Below, in pieces: positions 17,858 to 27,851 of a DNA stretch of 64,000 nucleotides. The stretch comes from Rhodobacteraceae bacterium HLUCCO18 (GTDB taxonomy: Bacteria; Pseudomonadota; Alphaproteobacteria; Rhodobacterales; Rhodobacteraceae). The translations under genes were made by a program, and so were the position numbers. The stretch lies in assembly GCA_001314805.1 (NCBI GenBank), contig LJSY01000020.1:498-64497 (forward strand). Direction: 5' to 3'. How positions within the stretch are numbered: position 1 is the first letter of the stretch; each line of letters begins with the position of its first letter. The notes beneath the pieces were generated by a model. The model saw nothing but the letters and a program-made list of their open reading frames with translations, was not told the DNA's origin and did not search any database.

Positions 17858-18604
17858 TCAGCTCAGGATGCCGCCGTCGCTGTCGTCGCCCGTTTCGTCG
17901 AGCAGAATGTCGAAATCCGGGATCACGATGTGGCGCTTGCCCTCGAGACGGATGACACCGTCCTTCTTCAGTCCCGACATCTGCCGGCTCACCGTCTCCA
18001 GCGTCAGGCCCAGATAGTCCGCCATCGCCTCCCGTGTGAGCGGCAGGTCGAAGGCCACCTCGCCCATGCCGCCATAGCCGCTCAACGTCGCGTCGCGGCG
18101 CGCGATGATCGACAGGAAACTCGCGATTTTCTCGCGTGCGGTCTTGCGCCCCAGAAGCAGCATCCACTCCCGCGCGGCGTCCAGTTCGTCGAGCGTCATC
18201 TCGAGGAGCCGATGCGCGATGTGCGGCGTTTCGTCCATCAATCCGAGGAAAGGCGTCCGGCGAAAACAGCACAGCTGCAGATCCGTCGTCGCGGTCACGT
18301 CGTAGGGCGCCGATTCGCGATTCGGGCGGCCGAGGAAATCCGATGGAAGAAGGAGGCCCACCATCTGGCGGCGGCCATCCTCCATCGTCTGCGTGAGGGA
18401 CGCGACACCGCGCACGACCGAGGCCACGAAGTCCATGGAGTCACCCGCCCAGACGATCGTCTGCCCAGCTTCGTAACTCCTGTAATATTTGATTGCCTCA
18501 AGCTTTTCGAGCTCATCCGTCTCGCACCTGGCGCAGACCGCGCGGTGGCGGATCGGGCAGTCGGCGCATTGGGCCTGGGGGAATGCGAGCTGCTTGCTGG
18601 GCAT
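17858..18604 (-). CDS. fnrL: Crp/Fnr-family anaerobic regulator FnrL
   Basis: The ORF track gives 17858..18646. The start is moved to ATG 18604 (MPSKQLAFPQAQ...), which has GGAGGA upstream. It has the N-terminal Cys cluster CADCPIRHRAVCARC, a cNMP-like fold and a C-terminal HTH (REAMADYLGLTLETVSRQMS). Confidence 0.9.
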   Translation of the reverse strand: MPSKQLAFPQAQCADCPIRHRAVCARCETDELEKLEAIKYYRSYEAGQTIVWAGDSMDFVASVVRGVASLTQTMEDGRRQMVGLLLPSDFLGRPNRESAPYDVTATTDLQLCCFRRTPFLGLMDETPHIAHRLLEMTLDELDAAREWMLLLGRKTAREKIASFLSIIARRDATLSGYGGMGEVAFDLPLTREAMADYLGLTLETVSRQMSGLKKDGVIRLEGKRHIVIPDFDILLDETGDDSDGGILS

Positions 18605-18637
18605 CAGATGTCCTCCGGTCGGAGCCGCAATTCTCAC

Positions 18638-18651
18638 TTGATCCACATCAA
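18638..18651. promoter_or_regulatory. Perfect FNR box TTGATCCACATCAA between fnrL and hemN
   Basis: Exact TTGAT-N4-ATCAA, flanked by inverted CTCAC/GTGAG arms (18633..18657). The centre lies about 40 nt from the fnrL ATG and about 43 nt from the hemN ATG. Confidence 0.75.
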
Positions 18652-18687
18652 TGTGAGAGCGCTCATTCTACCTTTAGTAGTATCCCA

Positions 18688-20043
18688 ATGGAGCCTCTTT
18701 CGCAACTTCGCCGCTTGGGCCTTTTCGACGCCAGGGTGCCTCGATACACCAGCTATCCACCGGCGACAAAGTTCTCGAATGACGTCACCGCGGACGTCTT
18801 CCGGTCCTGGGTTCGGCAGATCCCCGAGGGGTCCGCAATCTCGGTTTACGCGCATGTCCCGTTCTGTCGGCGGTTGTGCTGGTTCTGCGCCTGCCGGACG
18901 CAGGGCACGCGCACCGACGCGCCGGTCATCGCCTATGTCGAAACGCTCCGGCAGGAGGTGGCAAACCTCAAGGCGATCCTTCCCGACGGAGTACGGATCG
19001 CCCGGCTGCACTGGGGCGGCGGCACGCCGACGCTACTGCAGCCCGACTTGATGCGGGAACTGGCCACCACGATCACCGATGCAATGCCGCTGACCGAGGG
19101 CGCGGAGTTCTCCGTCGAGATCGACCCCAACGAGATCGACGAGCCGCGCATGACAGCCCTCGCCGAGATCGGCATGAACCGCGCCTCGATCGGGGTTCAG
19201 GATTTTGACGACGACATCCAGCAGGCCATCGGCCGCATCCAGGGCTACGAGGTCACGCGCAACACGGTCGAGGCGCTCAGGGCACATGGAATCCAATCGC
19301 TGAACGCGGATATCCTCTATGGCTTGCCGCACCAGAACCAGGCGCGGATCGCCGAAAGCGTCCAGATGCTCCTGTCGCTGTCGCCGGACCGCGTCGCGCT
19401 TTACGGCTACGCCCATGTGCCGTGGATGGCCAAGCGTCAGGCCATGATCCCGACGGACGCGCTCCCCACCCCTGAGGAGCGGCTGCACCTCTACAACACC
19501 GCGCGGCGGCTGTTCCTTTGGGACGGCTATGACGAGATCGGTATCGACCATTTCGCGCGTCCTACGGATTCGATGGCCGTCGCCGCGCGCACCGGGCATC
19601 TTCGGCGGAATTTCCAGGGCTACACCGACGACACCTGCGACGTGTTGATCGGTCTTGGCGCCTCGGCGATCTCGAAGTTCCCGCAAGGCTACGCCCAGAA
19701 CGCCAGCGCGACGGCGCATTACCAGGCTTCGGTGCGCGACGGACAGATGGCCACGGGCCGCGGCCATGCCTTCAAGGGCGACGACACGTGGCGCGGACGC
19801 ATGATCGAGATGTTGTTGTGCACTTTCACGATCGACGGCGCTGAAATCAGCCGCGAGTACGACGTCGATGCGAAGATCCTGTCACAGCTGTTTCGCACGG
19901 CGGCCGAGGCCTATCCGGAGATGACGCGCGTGACCGATGAAGGTTTCGAGATCCTCGAGAAAGGCCGCCCGCTGGCGCGGATGATCGCCCGGATCTTCGA
20001 CGGCTACGAGATGCGCGCCGAAGGCCATTCCGCCGCGTTCTGA
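18688..20043 (+). CDS. hemN: Oxygen-independent coproporphyrinogen III oxidase (radical SAM)
   Basis: The ORF track gives 18493..20043. The start is moved to ATG 18688 (MEPLSQLRRLGLFDARVPRYTSYPPATKF...). It has the radical-SAM motif HVPFCRRLCWFCAC and GGGTPTLL. Confidence 0.9.
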   Translation: MEPLSQLRRLGLFDARVPRYTSYPPATKFSNDVTADVFRSWVRQIPEGSAISVYAHVPFCRRLCWFCACRTQGTRTDAPVIAYVETLRQEVANLKAILPDGVRIARLHWGGGTPTLLQPDLMRELATTITDAMPLTEGAEFSVEIDPNEIDEPRMTALAEIGMNRASIGVQDFDDDIQQAIGRIQGYEVTRNTVEALRAHGIQSLNADILYGLPHQNQARIAESVQMLLSLSPDRVALYGYAHVPWMAKRQAMIPTDALPTPEERLHLYNTARRLFLWDGYDEIGIDHFARPTDSMAVAARTGHLRRNFQGYTDDTCDVLIGLGASAISKFPQGYAQNASATAHYQASVRDGQMATGRGHAFKGDDTWRGRMIEMLLCTFTIDGAEISREYDVDAKILSQLFRTAAEAYPEMTRVTDEGFEILEKGRPLARMIARIFDGYEMRAEGHSAAF

Positions 20044-20091
20044 CGCGCCACACCTTCCCGTTTCAAGTAATGAGAATCGCGCGGGCCTGCG

Positions 20092-21684
20092 TTACGCGGC
20101 AGTGCCCGCCGTGTTCCCGAAAGCCGCACGCATCAACTCCCGCGTGTAATCATGCTTGGGGTTGCGGAACAGCGCCTCGGTCGAACCAGTCTCGACCACG
20201 TCGCCCTGCTTCATGACGATGACCTTGTGGCTCAGCGCACGCACGACCTTCAGATCGTGACTGATGAACAGGTAGGCGAGGCCGTGATCGGCCTGCAACC
20301 TCCGGAGAAGCTCCACGATCTGGACCTGCACGGTCATGTCGAGCGCGCTTGTCGGTTCATCGAGCACGACAAGACGCGGGCGCAGGATCATGGCGCGCGC
20401 GATCGCGATACGCTGCCGCTGGCCGCCGGAAAACTCGTGCGGATAGCGGTCCATCATCGACGGGTGCAGCCCCACCTCCTGCAGGATCTCGGCCACGCGC
20501 ATGCGCCGCTCGCCGCGCGCGATGCCATGCACGGCAAGACCTTCGGACACGATCTGCTCGATGGTCATGCGCGGGCTGAGGCTCCCGTAGGGGTCCTGGA
20601 ACACCACCTGCATCTCCCGGCGGGTGTCCTTCAGCTCGCGGGATTTCAACCCCTGGATATCGCGGCCCATGAACACCACCGGCCCGTCCGAGGAGATCAG
20701 CCGAAGCACCGCCAGCGCCAGCGTCGTCTTGCCCGACCCGCTTTCGCCGACGATGCCCAGCGTCTCGCCCTCGCGCACGTTCACCGTGGCCGCGTTGACG
20801 GCCTTCACATGGCCCACCGTGCGGCGCAGCAGGCCGCGGTGAATGGGGAACCAGACGCGCAGCGCGTCGGTGGACACGATCTCGGCCGCGTCCTCGGGCA
20901 CCGGTTCCGGCCCGCCGGTCGCCTCCGCGGCCAACAGCTTTCGCGTGTAGGGATGGCGCGGATCGTCGAAGATTTCGGCCGTCATGCCCTGCTCCACGAT
21001 AAGCCCGTCCTTCATCACGCAGACCCGGTCGGCGATCCGCCGCACGATGGTCAGGTCATGGGTGATGAACAGAAGGCTCATGCCCAGATCGCGCTTCAGC
21101 TCGGCCAGAAGTTCGAGGATCTGCGCCTGGATCGTGACGTCGAGTGCGGTGGTCGGTTCGTCCGCGATCAACAGCTTGGGGTTGTTGGCGAGCGCCATCG
21201 CGATCATCACGCGCTGCCGTTGCCCGCCCGACAACTGGTGCGGATAGGCGCCGAGCCTGCTTTCGGGGTCGCGGATGCCGACGCGGTTCAGAAGCTCGAC
21301 GATGCGCGCCCGCGCCTTCGCGCCGCCGAGCCCCTGGTGCAGCGCGAGGCTCTCGGCGATCTGCTTTTCCAGCGTGTGCAGCGGGTTGAGCGAGGTCATC
21401 GGCTCCTGGAAGATGAAGCTGATGTCATTGCCACGCACGGCGCGCAGGCCGGCCTCGGACGCGCCGATCATCTCGGTCCCGTCATAGCTGATCGACCCGG
21501 CCAGTTCGGCGGTGTCCGGCAGAAGCGACACGGTCGAAAGCGCCGTGACCGACTTGCCGGACCCGCTTTCACCCACCAGCGCGACGGTCTCGCCGTGGTC
21601 GACGGTGAAGGTGACGCCGCTCACGGCCTCGGTCGCGCCGAAGCGCACGGTCAGGTTTCGCACGTCGAGGATCGGCCGGGTCAT
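20092..21684 (-). CDS. yejF: ABC transporter ATP-binding protein with two ATPase domains (YejF-type)
   Basis: The track ORF 20092..22845 is an artefactual extension. The real start is ATG 21684 ([13 protein letters not shown]...). It has two Walker A sites (GESGSGKS twice) and two LSGGQRQR signatures. Confidence 0.9.
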   Translation of the reverse strand: MTRPILDVRNLTVRFGATEAVSGVTFTVDHGETVALVGESGSGKSVTALSTVSLLPDTAELAGSISYDGTEMIGASEAGLRAVRGNDISFIFQEPMTSLNPLHTLEKQIAESLALHQGLGGAKARARIVELLNRVGIRDPESRLGAYPHQLSGGQRQRVMIAMALANNPKLLIADEPTTALDVTIQAQILELLAELKRDLGMSLLFITHDLTIVRRIADRVCVMKDGLIVEQGMTAEIFDDPRHPYTRKLLAAEATGGPEPVPEDAAEIVSTDALRVWFPIHRGLLRRTVGHVKAVNAATVNVREGETLGIVGESGSGKTTLALAVLRLISSDGPVVFMGRDIQGLKSRELKDTRREMQVVFQDPYGSLSPRMTIEQIVSEGLAVHGIARGERRMRVAEILQEVGLHPSMMDRYPHEFSGGQRQRIAIARAMILRPRLVVLDEPTSALDMTVQVQIVELLRRLQADHGLAYLFISHDLKVVRALSHKVIVMKQGDVVETGSTEALFRNPKHDYTRELMRAAFGNTAGTAA

Positions 21685-22997
21685 GTCACGCGCTTTTCCT
21701 GTAGCATGGCATCCGCCCCCTCGGGTTTCGCCGTGGGTCCGTCGCCGCCATCGCCCCCGCCGTGGCCTGAGAATGTCTTGCGCGGGTCGAACGCGTCGCG
21801 GACGCCCTCGAAGACGAAGACCAGAAGCGACAGCATGATCGCGAAGGTGAAGAAGGCGGTGAAGCCCAGCCACGGCGCGTTGAGGTTGTTCTTGGCCTGA
21901 AGCGTCATCTCGCCCAGCGACGGCGCCGAGGAGGGCAGGCCGAAGCCGAGAAAGTCGAGCGAGGCCAGCGCCCCGATCGTGCCCGTCACGATGAAAGGCA
22001 GGAAGGTCAGCGTCGCGACCATGGCGTTGGGCAGGACGTGGCGGAACATGATGGTCAGGTTCCCCACGCCCAATGCGCGGGCGGCGCGGACATATTCGTA
22101 GTTCCGCGCCCGCAGGAATTCCGCGCGCACCACGCCCACGAGGCCGGTCCAGCCGAATAGCACCATCAGGAACACCAGAAGCCAGAAGTTCATCGTGAAA
22201 ATGGCCGATATGATGATGATGATGTAAAGGCTGGGCGTGGAATTCCAGATCTCGATGATGCGCTGAAAGATCAGGTCGAGAACGCCGCCGTAATAGCCCT
22301 GCGCGGCACCCGCCGCGATGCCGATGACCGAGGTCAGGAAGGTCACGACCAGCGCGAAACTGACCGACAGCCGAAAGCCGTAGATCACCCGCGCCAGCAC
22401 GTCGCGCGCCGTGTCGTCGGTTCCGAGCCAATGGTCCCCATCCGGCGGCGAGGGCGCCGAGCGTCCGAGGTCGTTCACCGTGTTGTAGCTGTAGGGGATG
22501 AGCGGCCAGATCAGCCAGCCCTGCTCCACCTCCGAGCCGGCGAAAGTACCGGTTTCCTGCACCTCTTCGATGACGCCTTCGGGATCGTCCCAGCAATCCT
22601 CGAGCCCGCCCGAGACGATCAGGCACTGCACCTCGATGTCGCGATAGACCGCCTCGGTGCGGAAATCCCCGCCGAATTCCGTCTCGGAGTAGAAGTTGAA
22701 GATCGGCGTGTAATAGCCGCCCTGGTATTGCACGAGGATCGGCTTGTCGTTGGCGATAAGCTCCGCAAACAGGCTCAGCCCGTAGAGCAGAAGAAAGAGC
22801 CAGAGCGACCAGTAGGCGCGGCGGTTGGCCTTGAAATTTTCCCACCGGCGGCGGTTCAGCGGCGACAGCCAGCCGCGCCGGGGCGGTGGTGCCAGACCTG
22901 GCGGCGTCGGACGCAGCAACGGTTCGGGATCGATGCGCGGCCGCGCGGGATGCGCTTCGTCATCGTGGTCCAGATCGGGGCGGTCTCTCCAGGCCAT
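21681..22997 (-). CDS. yejE: ABC transporter permease (YejE-type)
   Basis: The start is moved to ATG 22997 (MAWRDRPDL...), 4 nt after the yejB stop. It has an Opp/Dpp-type permease core, and its stop overlaps the yejF start. Confidence 0.85.
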   Translation of the reverse strand: MAWRDRPDLDHDDEAHPARPRIDPEPLLRPTPPGLAPPPRRGWLSPLNRRRWENFKANRRAYWSLWLFLLLYGLSLFAELIANDKPILVQYQGGYYTPIFNFYSETEFGGDFRTEAVYRDIEVQCLIVSGGLEDCWDDPEGVIEEVQETGTFAGSEVEQGWLIWPLIPYSYNTVNDLGRSAPSPPDGDHWLGTDDTARDVLARVIYGFRLSVSFALVVTFLTSVIGIAAGAAQGYYGGVLDLIFQRIIEIWNSTPSLYIIIIISAIFTMNFWLLVFLMVLFGWTGLVGVVRAEFLRARNYEYVRAARALGVGNLTIMFRHVLPNAMVATLTFLPFIVTGTIGALASLDFLGFGLPSSAPSLGEMTLQAKNNLNAPWLGFTAFFTFAIMLSLLVFVFEGVRDAFDPRKTFSGHGGGDGGDGPTAKPEGADAMLQEKRVT

Positions 22998-23001
22998 CGC
23001 C

Positions 23002-24153
23002 TCAGGTCTCCCGCGTCTCGAAATCGATGCGCGGATCGATCCACACATACATCAGGTCCGAGATGATGTTCACCAGCAGGCCGATGAGGCCGAAGGCGAA
23101 GAGCGTGCCGAAGATGACCGGGTAATCCCGCCTGACCGCCGCCTCGAAGGCAAGCCTCCCCAGACCGTCGAGCGAAAAGATCGTCTCGATGATCAGGCTT
23201 CCGCCGAAGAAGACACCCACGAAGACGGCCGGGAAGCCCGCGATCACGATCAGCATCGCGTTGCGGAACACGTGACCGTAGAGCACCCGGTTTTCCGTCA
23301 GGCCCTTGGCCTTGGCAGTCATCACGTATTGCTTCTTGATCTCGTCGAGAAAGCTGTTCTTCGTCAGCAGCGTCAGGGTCGCAAAGGCCGAGATCGTGGA
23401 GGCCAGAACCGGCAGGGTGATGTGCCAGAAATAGTCTGCCACCTTGCCCAGCGCGCTCAGCTCGTCCCAGTTGTCCGAGGTCAGCCCCCTGAGCGGGAAG
23501 ATCTGGAAATACGACCCGCCGGCGAAGAGGACCAGAAGCAGGATCGCGAAGAGGAACCCCGGGATCGCGTAGGCCACGATGATCAGGCCCGAGGTGAAGG
23601 TGTCGAAGCGCGAGCCGTCCCGCACCGCCTTGCGGATGCCAAGGGGGATCGACACGAGATAGGCGATTACCGTCGACCACAGTCCCAGCGTGATGGATAC
23701 CGGCAGTTTCTCGATCACCAGGTCCACGACCGAAATCGAGCGGAAATAGCTCTCTCCGAAGTCGAAGCGCATGTAGTCCCACATCATCAGGCCGAAGCGC
23801 TCGAGCGCGGGGATGTCTTCGGCCACGCATTCCTCTGCGTCGAGGTCGGGCTCACCCTCGTAGCCTTCGGCACAGACGATCCGGGCGAAGTTGAACTGCA
23901 CGCGCAACTCGTCGAGGAACTGCGGCGGTAGCCCCCGCGCGCCCTGGTAGCTGTCGTCGATCTCGGACGCGCCGCCGCCTTCGTTGCCGCCTCCGGAGAT
24001 GCCGGCAAAGACGTCGCCCTCCCCCTCGAGCTGGGCCAGAACCTGTTCGACAGGACCGCCCGGCACGAACTGGGTCAGTACGAAGTTCACGATCATGATC
24101 CCGAAGAGTGTCGGGATCATGAGCGCGATGCGTCTGAGGATATAGGCGCCCAT
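23002..24153 (-). CDS. yejB: ABC transporter permease (YejB-type)
   Basis: 383 aa starting [24 protein letters not shown], with an Opp/Dpp-type permease fold and a long periplasmic insert typical of YejB. Confidence 0.9.
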   Translation of the reverse strand: MGAYILRRIALMIPTLFGIMIVNFVLTQFVPGGPVEQVLAQLEGEGDVFAGISGGGNEGGGASEIDDSYQGARGLPPQFLDELRVQFNFARIVCAEGYEGEPDLDAEECVAEDIPALERFGLMMWDYMRFDFGESYFRSISVVDLVIEKLPVSITLGLWSTVIAYLVSIPLGIRKAVRDGSRFDTFTSGLIIVAYAIPGFLFAILLLVLFAGGSYFQIFPLRGLTSDNWDELSALGKVADYFWHITLPVLASTISAFATLTLLTKNSFLDEIKKQYVMTAKAKGLTENRVLYGHVFRNAMLIVIAGFPAVFVGVFFGGSLIIETIFSLDGLGRLAFEAAVRRDYPVIFGTLFAFGLIGLLVNIISDLMYVWIDPRIDFETRET

Positions 24154-24159
24154 CTCGGG

Positions 24160-26124
24160 TCAGAGCACGCCCTGATCGCGGAGCGCCTGTTCAGCCTCCG
24201 GATCGACCCACCAGAAATCGAGGAAGCCGATGCCGTAGGGCGGAAGCTCCTCGGGGTAGCGGTAATGGTTGTAGTAGGCCACCCACGAACTGTCGTTGTA
24301 CCATTGCGGCACACGGATGCGGTAGGCCCGCAGGACGCGGTCGAGCGCGCGGGTGGCCACCTCCATCTCCTCGCGGGTTTCCGCGCGGATCACGACTTCC
24401 AGAAGCTCGTCGATCACCGGATCGGCGAGGCCCGCCACGTTGAACAACGCCTCGTCGGCGCCCAGCGTACCGAAGTACTGGCGCAGGCTGTTGCCCGGCT
24501 CGTAGCTCATCGGGAAGTGGTCGGTCAGCATGTCGAAATCGGCGTCGCGCTGGCGCTGGCTCATCTGCGCCCCGTCCACGCGGTTCATGCTGGCATCGAT
24601 GCCGATGGCGCGCAGGTTTTCCACATAGGGGTTGATGATGCGATCGAAGAGCGGCCCGGCGTTGAGAAACTCGACCTCCAGCGTCTCGCCTGCCGCGTTG
24701 CGCAGCATGCCGTCGTCGCCGGGGGTCCAGCCGGCCTCTTCCAGAAGCGCCGTTGCGCGGCGCGCCTGACGGCGGTCGAAGGTGCGGTTCGGGTCGGACG
24801 CCGGCGTCGAGAAGGGCGGGTCGGTAAAGACCTCGTCGGGGATCTGCCCGCGGAAAGGCTCCAGCACCGCAAGCTCTTCGGGCGGCGGAAGGCCCTCGGC
24901 TTCGAGATGGGTGTTCTCCCAGAAACTGTCGATGTGCTGGTAGAGCCCGGCGAACAGCGTCTGGTTGGTCCATTCGAAATTGAACATCAGCGCGATGGCC
25001 TCGCGTACCCGGGGATCATCGAACTTCTCGCGCCGCAGGTTGAACACGAAGGACTGACCCGAGGCGATCAGGCCCTGCGGGATTTCCTCACGGATCACGA
25101 TGCCCTGCTGCAGCCGCGGGAAATCGTAGTTGTTGGCCCAGTTCTGGGACGAGTTTTCCTGACGGAACAGGTAGTTGCCAGCCGTGAACCCTTCGAAGGC
25201 GGCGATCCCGTCGGCGTAGTACTCGACCCGGATGGACTCGAAATTGTGCCGTCCGCGGTTGATCGGCAGGTCATTGCCCCAGTAGTCGGGATTGCGGACG
25301 AAGACCGTGGAGCGGCCGGGGTCGATCTCCCCCACGACGTAGGGCCCGGACCCGACAAGGGGCTCGAGCCTGCTTTCGTCGAAATCGAGGCCACTGGCGA
25401 TATGGCTCGCCTCGCTTATCACAGGCAGACCGCCCGCGGTGTCGATGCGCCCGCGCACCTGGCTTTCGGGGTTGAAATCGAAGCGGATGCGCCGATCGTC
25501 CAGTACTTCGGCGCCCGCGATGGTGTTGGGAAGGTTCGCGCGGAAGGACGGCAATCCTTCGTCGCGCAAAATCTCGTAGGAAAACAGCACGTCCTGCGCG
25601 GTGACGGGCGTGCCGTCGGAAAAACTCGCCTCCTCCCGGAGGGTGAAGATCACGTAGGACTGGTCCTCGGGATAGGCGACCGTCTCGCACAGGAGACAAT
25701 AGGATTGCCCGATCGTGTCGAGCGTGCCCTCCAGCATCGACTCGAAGAAGACCGATGACAGAACGGCGGGATTGCCCTGGTTCGTATAGGGATGAAGCGA
25801 GTCGAAGGATCCGCCCGCGCTTGACCAGCTCAGCGACATCTCCCCGCCCTTGGGCGCATCCGGATTCACATAGGAAAGATGTTCGAAATCGGCCGGATAG
25901 GTCAGGTCATCGAGGCTGAATGTCGCGACGCCGTGGGTCACGATCAGGTCGTCCTGCTGCGCCGGGGCGGGCATCGCGCCGAGCGCCCAGACCAACGCGG
26001 CCACGAAAAGTGGCAGAGAGGCGATCCGGGCGGAATAACAGGGGCGCGCGCGCGCGCGCAGGGCAACCCGGGCCACGGGTGCGGAACGGATGTCGAGGGC
26101 GGGTCGGTGGCGGCGATCTGGCAT
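24160..26124 (-). CDS. yejA: Extracellular solute-binding protein family 5 (YejA-type)
   Basis: The ORF track gives 24160..26151. ATG 26124 (MPDRRHRP...) is preferred because GGAGA lies about 7 nt upstream. It has the signal peptide ...LGAMPAPAQQ and a large SBP_bac_5-like body. Confidence 0.85.
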   Translation of the reverse strand: MPDRRHRPALDIRSAPVARVALRARARPCYSARIASLPLFVAALVWALGAMPAPAQQDDLIVTHGVATFSLDDLTYPADFEHLSYVNPDAPKGGEMSLSWSSAGGSFDSLHPYTNQGNPAVLSSVFFESMLEGTLDTIGQSYCLLCETVAYPEDQSYVIFTLREEASFSDGTPVTAQDVLFSYEILRDEGLPSFRANLPNTIAGAEVLDDRRIRFDFNPESQVRGRIDTAGGLPVISEASHIASGLDFDESRLEPLVGSGPYVVGEIDPGRSTVFVRNPDYWGNDLPINRGRHNFESIRVEYYADGIAAFEGFTAGNYLFRQENSSQNWANNYDFPRLQQGIVIREEIPQGLIASGQSFVFNLRREKFDDPRVREAIALMFNFEWTNQTLFAGLYQHIDSFWENTHLEAEGLPPPEELAVLEPFRGQIPDEVFTDPPFSTPASDPNRTFDRRQARRATALLEEAGWTPGDDGMLRNAAGETLEVEFLNAGPLFDRIINPYVENLRAIGIDASMNRVDGAQMSQRQRDADFDMLTDHFPMSYEPGNSLRQYFGTLGADEALFNVAGLADPVIDELLEVVIRAETREEMEVATRALDRVLRAYRIRVPQWYNDSSWVAYYNHYRYPEELPPYGIGFLDFWWVDPEAEQALRDQGVL

Positions 26125-26247
26125 CAGGGTCTCCAAGCTCGTCCGGTGCATCTTCCCACTGATGTGGGCCGGATCACGTTAGAGACCAGTGCCACCAAGG
26201 TTCAAGTTGAGATTCCGTGATCACCGGTGACGGCGGGCACGTGCCGC

Positions 26248-26282
26248 AAGAACGCGAAAGGCCGCCCGGTCGGGGCGGCCTT
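26248..26282 (-). terminator. Stem-loop terminator after the cytochrome c gene
   Basis: 10-bp perfect stem AAGGCCGCCC/GGGCGGCCTT with a 5-nt loop, followed on the minus strand by TTTCGCGTTCTT. It lies about 30 nt downstream of the stop at 26311. Confidence 0.5.
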
Positions 26283-26310
26283 CGATATTTCGAAGCGAAC
26301 CGCTACTGGC

Positions 26311-26832
26311 TTACTGCTGCGTGGCCAGATAGGCGATCAGGTTGGCGCGATCTTCCACGTCGGACATGCCGTTATACGCCATCGACGTGCCCGGCGCGTA
26401 GGACCGCGGGCTTTCGAGGAAGGACGACAGGTCCTCCGGGGTCCAGTCGCCTTCCAGCGACATCAGCGCGTCGGAATAGCTGAAGCCCTCCGCCGAATGC
26501 TTCGGCCGGCCCACGACACCGTGCAGGTAAGGTCCGACGCCGTTCTGGCCGGGGTTGAGCGCATGGCAGGCCTGGCACTGCCGCCACAAACCTTCGCCCG
26601 CGCTGGCATCGGCTTCGGCATAGACATCGGCGAAGGCGACCTCCACGACCTCCTCTTCCGGCTCGTCGTCGTCCTCGGCGGTCTCGTCGATGATGACATA
26701 GCCACGCACGTGATCCTCACCATGGCGGTCGACGTTGTAGAGGCCCTCGGCCGCCCACCCGCCCAGAAGCAGGATCAGTAGCGCGCCGCACAGCGACCCG
26801 AAAGCTTTGGTGATGGTCATCGTATCAAACAT
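26311..26832 (-). CDS. cycY: Membrane-anchored monohaem cytochrome c (cytochrome c_y-like)
   Basis: 173 aa with an N-terminal TM anchor (AFGSLCGALLILLLGGWAA), an acidic linker (DETAEDDDEPEEEVVE) and a class I cytochrome c domain with CQACHA and ...GTSMAYNGM. Confidence 0.8.
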   Translation of the reverse strand: MFDTMTITKAFGSLCGALLILLLGGWAAEGLYNVDRHGEDHVRGYVIIDETAEDDDEPEEEVVEVAFADVYAEADASAGEGLWRQCQACHALNPGQNGVGPYLHGVVGRPKHSAEGFSYSDALMSLEGDWTPEDLSSFLESPRSYAPGTSMAYNGMSDVEDRANLIAYLATQQ

Positions 26833-26939
26833 GGCTCATCCACTCGTATCTCGATTCCGCGGGTATGTAGGGTGTTTCCACCGGGAGAGGCAAGGTGTAG
26901 GGAGCGCGACCAAACGCCCACTCACCCCGAGGTGGAGAG

Positions 26940-27770
26940 ATGACCCAGCGTATCGCCTTTCAGGGAGAGCCCGGCGCCTATTCGCATCAGGCCTGCCATA
27001 CCGCGCGCCCGCATCTCGAGGCCCTGCCCTGCCCCACCTTCGAGGCGGTGATCGAGGCGGTCGCCAGCGGCGCGGCGGAACAGGCGATGCTGCCGGTGGA
27101 AAACACCACCTACGGGCGCGTGGCCGATATCCACCGGCTCCTGCCGCAATCGGGCCTGCACATCGTCGACGAGGCCTTCGTGCGGGTGCACATCAACCTT
27201 CTCGGCGTGCCCGGCGCGACGATCGCCGATGTGAGGGAGGCCTGGTCGCACCTCGTCCTGCTGCCGCAATGCGCGCGCTTCCTGCGCGAAAACGGCATCG
27301 CGGGCCGGGTCAGCACCGACAACGCCCGCGCCGCGCGCGACGTGGCCGAGCGGGGGGACAGGACGCAGGCGGCGCTCGCATCGGAACTCGCGGGAGAGAT
27401 CTACGGGCTGGACGTGCTGGCGCGCCATATCGAGGATCACGACAGCAACACGACGCGCTTTCTGATCATGGCGCGGGAACCGGACATGACCCGCCGGGCC
27501 GATCACATGATGACGACCTTCGTCTTCCGCGTGCGCAACATCCCCGCCGCGCTCTACAAGGCCATGGGCGGCTTCGCCACGAACGGCGTGAACATGACCA
27601 AGCTGGAAAGCTACATGATCGACGGCTCCTTCACCGCGACGCAGTTCTATGCCGACATCGAAGGCCACCCCGACGACCGGAACGTGCAACTGGCGCTGGA
27701 AGAGCTGGAGTACTTCACCAGCTATCTCAAGGTTCTGGGCACCTACCCCGCCGACCCCGCGCGCGATTGA
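26940..27770 (+). CDS. pheA: Prephenate dehydratase
   Basis: 276 aa starting IAFQGEPGAYSH, with the LPVENTTYGRV motif, the TRF motif (SNTTRFLIM) and a C-terminal ACT domain. Confidence 0.9.
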   Translation: MTQRIAFQGEPGAYSHQACHTARPHLEALPCPTFEAVIEAVASGAAEQAMLPVENTTYGRVADIHRLLPQSGLHIVDEAFVRVHINLLGVPGATIADVREAWSHLVLLPQCARFLRENGIAGRVSTDNARAARDVAERGDRTQAALASELAGEIYGLDVLARHIEDHDSNTTRFLIMAREPDMTRRADHMMTTFVFRVRNIPAALYKAMGGFATNGVNMTKLESYMIDGSFTATQFYADIEGHPDDRNVQLALEELEYFTSYLKVLGTYPADPARD

Positions 27771-27851
27771 CACCCGGAGCGGCCGACGGGGCAAAAAAAA
27801 CGCTGCGCGCGGCATTCTCCTGGGGCAATGTGGCCGCAGGGAAGGGACAGC

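Noticed and set aside
20092-22845. 917-aa ORF suggesting a giant fusion protein
   Set aside because: Only the C-terminal 530 aa (from ATG 21684) form the YejF double ATPase. The upstream part is an out-of-frame read across yejE, whose own frame encodes a normal permease.
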